A DNA stretch of 62,951 bases, filler included, from Hyphochytrium catenoides (Eukaryota; Protista; Hyphochytriomycota): the NCBI GenBank assembly GCA_900088475.1. It is 9 parts of 9 records of this genome, joined end to end, with 100 filler letters (N's around TTAATTAATTAA, not from the genome) between each part and the next. Parts side by side here need not be neighbours in the genome. Positions count along the whole stretch, not along the records: positions 35,924 to 38,354 come from FLMG01003776.1; positions 38,455 to 53,147 come from FLMG01000902.1; 7 more parts are not named here. One strand, given 5' to 3'. The notes beneath the pieces were generated by a model. That model was not told where the DNA came from and did no database searches. It worked only from the letters and a program-made list of their open reading frames with translations. Position 1 is the stretch's first letter. Each line of letters starts with the position of its first letter. Positions 36,981 to 47,252 of the stretch are shown piece after piece. The position numbers and the translations under genes were made by a program.

Positions 36981-37359
36981 ATGATGCCGATGGATGATGA
37001 AGCTCCAGGAAGACGTCCTGAGGCTTTGGGATTATCTTCTTCCACACATAACAGGAGCTCAACGAAACTAGTTCTCACTAGGCAAGTGAGTGCCTGGTTT
37101 CGGTAATCTTTATAATAATCGGTCTGAGGTTGAGTAACCGGACAATTATGTAGTCTCTTAGTGAAAGAACGTCTATCTTCTGAAAAGAATGGGTGTGATT
37201 TCGTTTATTATGTATTGTTTTAGAGACAGAGCGCATCCAAGAGTCTTGACTGTTTCTTTCACTTCCTCCTGTTCTTTCCTCTCTCTTTCTTTCTCTCTTT
37301 CTCTTCTCTCTCTCGCTCCCTCAGTCTCTCACTCCTCGCCTATCTCCCTCCCTCTCCTC

Positions 37360-37405
<46 letters not shown>

Positions 37406-38354
37406 CCTCTCTTTCTCTCTCCCTCCTCTTTGATGTCTAGGAGGATTTTTGTCTTGATGTCTGTGCGTTTCTCACTCTTGCAGTCGTCTTTGTTCCTCTC
37501 TTCCCCATACAATGTGAGAGAACACGGCTGTTCGCCCAAGCTTTAACCCTGCCTTCATAGCTTTAGGGCTTGCCAACAACCTCCAGGGACGATGAGATTG
37601 GAAGCGACCAACCGGCGAGCAAGTGCGAGGACGCTCGGAACAGTCCAAAGGGTTGCATTTCTGTTCATCAAACCAAGGCGGGCCAGACAGTCCGCATCTC
37701 TCTTCTCAACTTCTTCATGCAAACTGTCTGGCCGTCAACCTTTTGACGTCGGTTCCCCTGCGGAGTTGATGCGGCAGAAACTTCCTGGGAGTCCAGCTGC
37801 GTGGCGATTCCATAGTAAGATCGCTAGCTTCACAGCTTCCAAGGGCTCATTGCTATGTATGAGAGCTCCATCCTATGGTCAACCGGCGGTGCCCGGGAGG
37901 ACATCGGAGATATCAAGATCCTCAGTGAAGACGAGGCGCTGTTCAGCACAAGGCGATCATTTAGCATATGCAAACTCTGTCTGAGAACCAAAAAGATCTC
38001 TCCCTTCGCTGGCAATGGGCGGAGAGGAGTGAAGGATGGACCCGCTACTGAGGCAGAATTTGAACATCCAGGAAGGCTCTTTGTCTTCTGTTATGATGAT
38101 AGGAGGCAGATCTATGTCATAGATGGGATGCAGACAATCAGATATATTGAGAGAGGACGAGTTGGAACACTGACTGACTGCCCTGGTGCGACCGAGCTCT
38201 GCGTGAATGACGGTAAGATGTACATTGCGACGATTGAAGAAGGAATCTATGAGATAGATCTATATACCAGGATCAAGAGGAGATTGGTTCACAACCCTGA
38301 CGGCGCCTGCTACATCTGCATCAACAACTATGGGGACTCGGTCTACAGCCGCGT
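36981..38354 (+). CDS. NHL-repeat / beta-propeller protein, 3'-truncated by the contig end
   Basis: Exons about 36981-37085, 37567-37748 and 37836-38354 are in phase; ISPFAGNGRRGVKDGPATEAEFEHPGRL..IYVIDGMQTIRYI..GRVGTL is a typical NHL repeat. Confidence 0.7.
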
Positions 38355-38454
38355 NNNNNNNNNNNNNNNNNNNNNNNNNNNNNNNNNNNNNNNNNNNNTT
38401 AATTAATTAANNNNNNNNNNNNNNNNNNNNNNNNNNNNNNNNNNNNNNNNNNNN
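38355..38454. other. artificial contig linker
   Basis: Same 100-nt spacer. Confidence 0.97.
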
Positions 38455-38927
38455 GTATGGAAAAAATTGGGTTAGCTTGGCCCATTTCTGATGCAAGGCA
38501 GCAGCTAGCTCCCCGTTGCCAAGGAAAGGCTACAGAGGTAGAATCAGTAACAAAGGTAAGGATCCTTCCTCTTCATAGCGATTACTAGCAAGTTTTACCA
38601 TCCTCCATCCTCCAGTTCATCAGGCGACCACCTGTGTGAATGAGCGACAGAGCTACCTCTCTTCCAGGCTTCTCCTTTTGTCTTGATGTCTTCGCCAAAG
38701 GTTAGAGACACGTCCTTGACCCTGACCCAGCAAGCTTCTGCTTCCATTATTCCATTTTCTCTCGCTTCATCAACGATGGCAAGGTTTGCCTAGCAGTCGT
38801 GTCTCCTACTACCCTGTGCCCAGGGCCTCGAGGAGACATCCCGATTAGTAGGAACCAACCACATTCTACTAGCGGGAGACTGTCGGAAGTCACCTCCAGC
38901 CATCAACAGGCAGAATCCGGACGGACA

Positions 38928-40621
38928 ATGACTAAACTAGACATCAATGGCATGCTCCTGACGGGAACGACTTTGCTTCTCTTGTTTGGAGGCAAAACAG
39001 TAGAAGGCCAAGCACCGCTTGCCTGCCTCTATGCCAAACATGACTTTAGGTGAGTAAGGGCAAGAAAGAAAGCTGCGTGTATTCTCCTTCTTTTGCCCGT
39101 ATCTTCTTCTTCATGGGTAGAAAGAAAGGTCGAAGCCCTAACCTCTTGCACCCATCTGCTTGGTTGCTAACAGGGGGCCGTCGGCTTGCTTCTCCGAGCA
39201 AGGGTTCTTCAATCTGCCAAGGAACCTGAATGATAAAGTCTCGTCTATAAAGCTAGCGCGTGGCTACGTACTGCGTGTGTCTGCGGACGGAAGTATGGAC
39301 GGCCCTGAAGTGACTGACTTCATCGGCAGCACGAAGAGGGTCGGAGATAGTTGGAATGACCGAATCTCCGCAATAACCATTCTTCCAGGTAAACCTCTCG
39401 CTCGAACTTAGCAACCTGAGTATTCTCCAGATCTAAGACTAAGAAAACAACCGGGATTTCCCTGCAGCCAGCGAACCGGGAAGAAACACGCGAAACAGGG
39501 TACGATTGAGCGACAGAACCTCCTTTCGTCGAGCAATAGATTCAATATTTGACAGAGCAAGTCAAGATCTGTACCCCACACACAGCGGAGTCATGAGCGG
39601 CGGTATCCACTGGTGGGTCAGTGCTGTCGGCTACACCTCCATGGTCCTCAGGGACGCCTACTTTGGAGAACAGAAATACAGAGCGCTTCTGACCGAGGCG
39701 CGAGTTGGGGCCCTAGGACTCGGTAGGAACTACCGTCCCAAGGGCAACGTGTTCAATGACGACCAACTCTGGTGGGGATGGTTTGCTGTGGAGGCAGCGC
39801 GAGTCTATAACGATGATCCCGTTTGGCTGGAGTCAGCGGAACGGGTGTGGAATACCATTAATGAGGATGTGGGCAGGGCCAATGTCTGCGGCACAGAAGG
39901 GGTCGTCTGGAAAGACGGCGAGCGCACGAAGAACACTATCACCAATTCCCTCTTCTTCTTCCTCTCCATAGCCCTGTACGATCTGACCAAGAATCCCAAG
40001 TATAGCACGGAAGCGGTGAGACAGTACAACTGGCTGAATGACAAGACGTATAACCCAAGCACGGGACTCTTCGAGGATGGACTGGACGAGAACTGCAAGG
40101 CTCGAGGAGGTGCATGGACTTACAATCAGGGCGTCTTCTTGGCGGGTGCCTCTCTGCTGTACAAACACAGCGGAGACAAGACCGTTCTGGCTAGAGCCCA
40201 GCTGGTGGCAGTCAAATCCATGAACTGGTTCCAAGAGGACGGAGCTGTGTTCGAGAGAATGTGCGAGTCTGATGCAGGCTGTCTAGAAGGAGTGGATGCT
40301 ATTGTCTTCCGGGGGCCTTATGTACGGGGCCTGAGCTACCTCCATGACGCAACCCCGGAGCAGAACATCAAGAATCTCATACGAGGCTATCTCACAAAGA
40401 CCACTGACACGGCGATGAGAACGGCCAGCAACGATCGTTGGCGCTTCCGCTGGCACTGGGCAGGCCTGAATCAGCACACATTCAAGCGCAATCCTCAGCC
40501 GTACAAAAGCGACTACGTCATTCCTGTCCTTGACCTCATGCTGGCGACGTATCGCGTCAACTTTGGAGTCACAAACAATCCCTTGCCCGCAAGCGGCAAT
40601 GAACAGCAGCACCCTCAATAA
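38928..40621 (+). CDS. secreted beta/gamma-crystallin + GH76 (alpha-1,6-mannanase/DFG5-DCW1-like) fusion
   Basis: Exons 38928-39049, 39174-39388 and 39468-40621 are in phase. Hydrophobic N-terminus ending ..TVEG|Q; two Greek-key motifs (LNDKVSSIK, WNDRISAIT); GH76 motifs FNDDQLWW (tandem catalytic Asp), KNTITNSLF, WTYNQGVFL, VFRGPYVRGLSYL. Confidence 0.88.
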
Positions 40622-41459
40622 GACGTAGGTGGCAATGCCGCTGCCAGACCCTATGTTTATCTATCAAGTATCATGTTATCTTAGCTATCTCGCGGCTGAC
40701 AACTGAGAAAGACTAAAAGTACCACCTAATCTGCCTTACCCCTGCTACCTCCTCCTCTGGCACCCACTCTCTTCTATTTGACCGCTGATGCCGCTAATAA
40801 TGACTAGGGAGGCATGATGGATGACCTTCGAAAGAGTCGTGAAGAACAGTGGCTTAAAGGCTGTGATGGCAGCAGTAGAAGAGACGGCGGGGAAAGAGAA
40901 AGAGAGATGGGGTTCTTCTACTAGGAAAATAAGGCCTTGTCGATACTTAGAGGTAGCTACTAGTAGACTATTTTATCTCTTGTGTCATCTCTCGTCTTGG
41001 GCAAGACGTTTCTCTCTCTATGGGAATGTATGAACTGGAGAAGAAGAAGCATTGAGCAACGAGGACAGATTAGAACTAGTCTTAAGCCATCCTTTTATCA
41101 GCCAATAAAGTTTGCTGAGTCAGAAGGAGGTGAACTAGGCTTTCATGCCTCTATCTGTTCCTTCCCTTCCACGATGCCCGGGCAACCACTGAAGTAAAGT
41201 TTTCCCTCTTCTTGTTGACTGTGAATGTGCAGCGAAGAACGAGAAAAGGATAACAACGAAGCAGAGGAGGAGGTTGTTTAGTTCAAAAAATTGTCTTCTT
41301 ATCTGCCTCTCCAACACGTCATCGCCAGCGCAGCCAGCCCTTCATTCAGGAGGAGGAGCGAACGATGAAACGACAGCATGGAGATAAAGCGCGATGGTAA
41401 TTGAAATATAAAAAGAAGATAATCCCCGCGCTGCAGCAGCAATGCTTGGATGATGATGG

Positions 41460-41604
41460 CAGCGGCAGGCCGTCGGAGGAAGGAAGGAAGAAGGAGGAGA
41501 AGCCGCCATACTTTACGTCTCTATCTTCAGCGGCAGGCCGTTGGAGGAAGGAAGGAAGGAGGAGGAGAAACCGCCATACTTTACGTCTCTATCTTCAGCG
41601 GCAG
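41460..41604. repeat. 68-bp tandem repeat, 2 copies plus a partial copy
   Basis: The unit CAGCGGCAGGCCGT[C/T]GGAGGAAGGAAGGAAG[A/G]AGGAGGAGAA[G/A]CCGCCATACTTTACGTCTCTATCTT starts at 41460 and 41528; a partial copy starts at 41596. Confidence 0.9.
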
Positions 41605-42118
41605 AAGGAGGAGCACGCAGCAAGCAGAAGAGAAGAAGAGAGGAGGAGTGGGCTACTACTTCTACTAAGAGTAGGCCGAGGATGATGATTGATGATGATG
41701 GAAGACGACGACGAAGAAGAAGAAATAGAGAGAAGAAGAAGAAGATCGATCCTCCAGCAGACAACCTGTCGTTTATGACAGGGACGCTACCCGGTAACGG
41801 CTACCAGCCTGTCAGAACAGGTGGAACATCTCCAGGTCCTGGCAGGACGATCCAGATGAGTGGAGGGGGGAATAGGTTAAGGGAGGATTGAAGACGCGGA
41901 AGGGCAAAACTCAGGTAATCATCCAAATGGGGGTTAAAATATAGGAGGTTCAACTCTTTTTCAGTACTGAAGGTTGGATATCTGTACGCTGTTCTGATCG
42001 GTCTACGATCAGGGAAAAGCAAGGGGCTACTATGATACTGTGTAGCATCAGGACCATGACAGAGTGACACAAAGGGGGTAGTTCCTAAGAGAGAGGAGGA
42101 GGGAGGAAAAAGAGCGAG

Positions 42119-42155
<37 letters not shown>

Positions 42156-42584
42156 NNNNNNNNNNNNNNNNNNNNNNNNNNNNNNNNNNNNNNNNNNNNN
42201 NNNNNNNNNNNNNNNNNNNNNNNNNNNNNNNNNNNNNNNNNNNNNNNNNNNNNNNNNNNNNNNNNNNNNNNNNNNNNNNNNNNNNNNNNNNNNNNNNNNN
42301 NNNNNNNNNNNNNNNNNNNNNNNNNNNNNNNNNNNNNNNNNNGGCTAGAGAAAGACCAGTTCATCAATTTGAGTCTCTCCTCTCTCCTGTCTTGACATCT
42401 TCCTTACTCACGACCTGGCTCTTCTCTCAGACCCATCGGCAGGCAGAGCGGCGGCCTGCAGATCTCAATCTCCAGACGAAGTACAGTAAGATCGAGACTG
42501 TCAGGCGCTGGAGCTGCAGCCGAAGCTAGGGATCGGAAGATAGAAAGGGCGCAAGCTCTCAGGTCACTAAAAGGAGAGAGAAAG

Positions 42585-44348
42585 ATGGGGGTGCACGGTG
42601 CGGCGAGCGGGAAGAAGCTGGACCCGAGAGACTTGGTCAATGGAGCCATTCTGCAGTGCGTCGAGGCAGCGACCCTCGGGATGCCTTTTGAGGTTGGCAG
42701 CTTCTCTCTCTTGTCTCTCTCTCTCTCAGCAACACTCTCCCATGCACTCTTCTCTCGGACTTCCTTTCTATTGCTCTGTCTCTCTCTTACTTTTCACCTC
42801 AATCGTTTATCCTTTAACCTCGAGTCTGGTGGTCCGTCTTGGGTAGATGGCAAGCTTTTGCTCTCTCTCTCTTCTCCCTTTCTCTCTTTTTACCCTTCTC
42901 TCCTTGTCTGTCTTCCTCTCTGTCCCCCTTATTTTCACCGCTCTTCTGCTTTCTCTCTGTGGCCTCAGTGCGCTGCCTCTCTCCAGCGCTCAGTCGCTTG
43001 CCTTCCACTCGACCAAGGACACTTCCTAATCGTTCTCTTCCTTTGTTGTCTTGTCGTCAGGTCTGGAAGACTCGCATGGGCCGCCACCGCGAGGAGTCCA
43101 CCCTACAAGCTTTCCGAGCCATCCGTGCCCGCGGAATCTCCACCTTCTGGTCAGGCACCAGCGCCAAGATGGTCGAGTCAGCGTCTAAAGGCGCTATTCT
43201 TCTCTTCTCTAAGGAAGCGATTGCGTCCTCTTGTCTCTCTCTTGGGGTAGGAGAGGCGATGACGGGCTTCATAGCTGGAGCAGGCGCTGGTGTTTGTCAG
43301 ACTGTCGTCATGGGACCCTGCACCTTCCTCGTGACGGGCATTGTGAACAATCCGCAAGTGTCTACTGTTGATCGCATCAAGAATGTGATGAAGGCACAGG
43401 GAATCAAGGTAAGGCCTATGCTTAGGAGAGACCGCGTTCTCAAGCGGATTGAGAGAGTATTATGGAGGCCAAGGTGTTAGGATGAGGGAGACGGAGAAAG
43501 AAGCTCTGCCCCAAGTAACCTAATACATCGCGGAAGGAAGTGTGACAGGAAGGGGAACGACAATGCAAACTGTAGGATGCAGGGCGCTCATTTGCTTTGT
43601 GACAGGGTTTTTATCCTGGAGGCACGGCCATCGCGCTCCGACAGGCTTCCAACTGGGCACTGCGCCAGGTAACCTCCACCTTGTCATAGCTCTCTTCGAC
43701 CTTTGTCATATCGACTCTGGGCAACATACTATTGCCACTCTCTGTGAAGCTTGATTAGCCTTCGGATGCGTTATCGTCGCCTTCCGCTGTGATCAATGGT
43801 CTTAAGCTTCGGTCTATACCTCGCCTTTAGGGTGGCCTTTAGGGTGCTGGATATCTTTGCGTTGCTCCTACCGTTTTTGCATCTTGTCGTGCTCTTCTTC
43901 TTATCAATCTCTTCGCCGCCGAGACGCACTGATAGATGAAAGTTAACCCTGTGTCCCCCTGACCTATGCTTCTTTGTCTTCTGCTCGTTCTCTGTAGGGT
44001 TTGACCGACAGCGTGCGCGTGCGTTTCAAGCTCTGGTTCCATGGCAGTAAGGACGCAAAGTTGACTATTCCTCAAGAAATTTTAGCAGGAACCATCGGAG
44101 GTGCGCTGTCGACTATCAACCAGCCTTTTGAAGTGGCGCGCATTGAGATGCAGAGCGCAGCGGACAGAGGAGAGAAGAAGAGAAACATTGGGCAGGTGTT
44201 CTCTCACATTCTGAAGGAGCAGGGACCAAAGGGGCTTTTCAAGGGGATCATCCCTCGCATTGGGCTAGGCGTCTGGCAAACCCTGTTCATGGTTACCGGG
44301 GCAAAGCTGGTGAAGCAAGCGCTAGATGGAGGAGCAGCGAAGCACTAA
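42585..44348 (+). CDS. mitochondrial carrier (SLC25), YHM2-like citrate/oxoglutarate carrier, 4 exons
   Basis: EAATLGMPFE|VWKTRM..KMVESASKGAILLF..CQTVVMGPCTFLVT..|GFYPGGTAIALRQASNWALRQ|GLTD..GGALSTINQPFEVARIEMQ..GLFKGIIPRIGLGVWQTLFMV; carrier signatures Px[DE]xx[KR]. Confidence 0.93.
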
Positions 44349-44740
44349 GAAGTCTATGGATTGCTTCTGAATAGCTAGCTTGGGACGCTAACTCACAATA
44401 ATTTATGATTTATGCCGTCATCTCATGGCCAAGAAGAGAAGAAAGGGCAGATGCCCAGGTGACAGATTCCAACAACAGAGTCTGACTATAGCACGCGAGA
44501 GTCATTAGAGGGAAGACTCGCAAAAGGAAGGAGAGAATTGTGCAGGACGTTCACTTTTCCTCTTCATTTTCTCTCTGAGCAGCCCTCTGACGTTCACTTA
44601 GCAGTGACTTCCTTCCTCACCTGACAATCAATGAAGGGGCGCTAAGTGGGCAAGATGGGCTAAACCGAGAGGAAGACAGAGAGAGAGAGCACATTGAGAG
44701 AGGCAGAAGGAAGCGCCTGCACGCCCCAATGGCCTTCCTC

Positions 44741-45883
44741 TTACATAACGCTTTTCATGCCATTGTCCAATATGTACCGGCCAGACTGTAAGAGATGGAG
44801 TAGATAGTCCCCCAAGCGCATAGAGGTCGAGAGGAAAATTGGATGGGGTCCTTGCTCTCTCTCCCAGACCATCCCTCTTTCTTCTCCCCAGCATTGCAGG
44901 TAAAGCTCACCAGCAAGCGGGACAAAAGGGCTTGGCCATGCCTCTTCTTCTTCGTCGTCTTCTTCGATCTCCTGCTCCCTCTTGTCTCCTGAATCTTCTG
45001 TGCATTCTCCACCTTGGCCGGCGTCTTCCCTTTCTTCATCTCCTTCGGCTTCTATGAGTAAGAGTCTACGCATATCAATAGGCTCCCGAGAGCGAAAGCA
45101 TCGGCTGAGAAGCAAGGCGCTCTTTTTGAACAAAGAGGCCACTCTGTCTCCTTGTTTTCCCTGCCTCTCCCCTCTCTCCTCTTGCTTTCCTCTCTCTAGT
45201 GGAAGAGCAGAATAAAAGGGTGAAGGAGACAGCCCGAGAGTGGAGGAGACCGTTGGGCGGGAAGGAGGTGCAGATACTGGAAGGCGAGGAAAGAGTGAGA
45301 TAAGGAAAAACTTCAGCTCCCAGCGCTCTTCTGCGTTGAGATCTTCTATGGACTTAAGGCCCAAGAAACAAGCAAGTGAAGAGCGGAAGCGAGAGAGAGA
45401 GATTGATGCTTCTTGGAATCTCTGCTTCTCCCTCCGATAAAGCGAGAGAAAGAGTTCATTTGTTCGCTCTAGAACGCTCATCAGACAAAGAAGAGATGGT
45501 AAAGATACTTCAGAGAAGCTGGCAGTAGAAGTAATGGATATCCCTCCATCCCCTCTCAGCAGCTCAGCTTGTAACACCTGATGGTCACAGTGAAAGAGGA
45601 GAGAGAGGGAGAAAAGTGCTCGTCTTCTTTCTTGTATGCTCACGCTGCATTCTAGAGCAGGAAAGGTATCTGTGAGGTGGTGACATAACAGAATAGCTGC
45701 AGGTTCACCAGTAGAAATCGTGTATTGTCTCAGGTCTTGGCTTGTGAAGAGCAGTGCTTTCAGGTCCCAATAACCAAGAAACTGGCACACAATCCGCCAT
45801 AAGTTACAGTCAAGAGAGAAGTCAGAGAGATGCTTTAATGGACGCGCCTCGTCTGCCTTCAGCATGCTGTCTCCAAAACGCAT
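44741..45883 (-). CDS. intronless 380-aa protein, N-terminal F-box-like motif, possibly SMI1/KNR4-like C-terminus
   Basis: Single 1143-nt ORF; LSDFSLDCNLWRIVCQFLGYWDLKALLFTSQDLR fits an F-box pattern; C-terminus FVPLAGELYLQCWGEERGMVW..LSTSMRLGDYLLHLLQSGRY. Confidence 0.55.
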   Translation of the reverse strand: MRFGDSMLKADEARPLKHLSDFSLDCNLWRIVCQFLGYWDLKALLFTSQDLRQYTISTGEPAAILLCHHLTDTFPALECSVSIQERRRALFSLSLLFHCDHQVLQAELLRGDGGISITSTASFSEVSLPSLLCLMSVLERTNELFLSLYRREKQRFQEASISLSRFRSSLACFLGLKSIEDLNAEERWELKFFLISLFPRLPVSAPPSRPTVSSTLGLSPSPFYSALPLERGKQEERGERQGKQGDRVASLFKKSALLLSRCFRSREPIDMRRLLLIEAEGDEEREDAGQGGECTEDSGDKREQEIEEDDEEEEAWPSPFVPLAGELYLQCWGEERGMVWEREQGPHPIFLSTSMRLGDYLLHLLQSGRYILDNGMKSVM

Positions 45884-47001
45884 TGCATGCAGGAGAAAGA
45901 GTTCTATTCTAATATTCTAGACGTTGTTCTTCGTAAAGTCAGCTTCTTATCATGCGCATTTCCAAGAGGGGCGATAGAAATCTGATCCTTACTGCTGGTG
46001 TCGGTAGTCCGCATTCTGCTCAAATTCTCAACATCAGTTGAGAGGAAGCTCTAGAGCTCAAAGAACACGCCGAATTGGGAGCATAGTTCCCTGCAATAAA
46101 GGCAAGGCAGGGCTGACGGCTGAGGCCTCAGGGAGCAGCCTTCTTCACCGGCTCCGTTATTTGAGAAATGGCAATAATTAGAGATGAAGACTGGAGACTA
46201 ACGAAGACTCTGGATCTGCAGAATTAGCTTGGAGACTCGAATGCACCCTCCTCAGAGATTGACCGATAATCTCTCATCAGTTACCATATCGGCCGCTGAA
46301 TCCAGGCTATTTATTGATTCTCAAGATATGATCTAATATCAGACCATTGGTAACCTTTCCTTGATCAGGAGACATGATGCTTCTTCAACGACGATTTTGT
46401 ACACAATTACTTTCCTGTCACCTTGCGCCACACTCTGTCTCGCTCTAGTTTCTCTCTTTATCTCTCTGTCTCCGTACCTCTATGTCTGTCTATACGTATT
46501 ATTGATTTCTATGCCGATATATGCCTCTCTCTCCGCCGTCTGTTATCTCTTTGATCTCTGTCTCTCCATTTGCCTCTCTCTTCGTTCGCTCTCACGTGCA
46601 CACTGGACTCATGATCACTGAGATGTCCAGACGATCCCGCTGCTGGAGATTGCAGGTCAGTCGCCGCGGACGGGAAGAGGAAGATAGAGACCGCGGCAGA
46701 AGACAGAGAAAGAGATAAAGTTGAGCCTTTATTGGAGCTCTTCGCCATCAACCGGGACTCTATAATTCAAGGAGGTGCTCTTTCTTCTTCAGCTGCATCC
46801 TCATAGACAGGACAGGGCTAGACATAGCAGGAGCGGGCTAGGAAAAGTGAAGGGTCCGCTCCTTTGCCTCATTCTTTCTCCTGGAACTTCATTACAGGCG
46901 TGAATAGTGAGCCTGAGAGAAAGAGCGCGATAGAGGCTCCAAGTAAGCGAGAGAAAGAGAGGGAAAACGTGAGGGAGAAGAAGGAGCTAGATGTAAGACC
47001 C

Positions 47002-47218
47002 ATGATGTACACAGCCGTGCGGAGAGGAGATACGGAGCCATCTCCCTCTCCTCCTTCTCCTTTCAGCTCCAATGGCCTCGTTCCAGTCCCGCAGGATGAT
47101 CTTTCAGCTCTTCCGTCCTATCAGCAGGTAAAACGGGGAGAGTGAGCCAGCAATGACAGCAATGATGGCGAAAGAGGGTGTTGCTGATAGAGATATGAGA
47201 AATGGAGACAAGAAAGAG

Positions 47219-47252
<34 letters not shown>

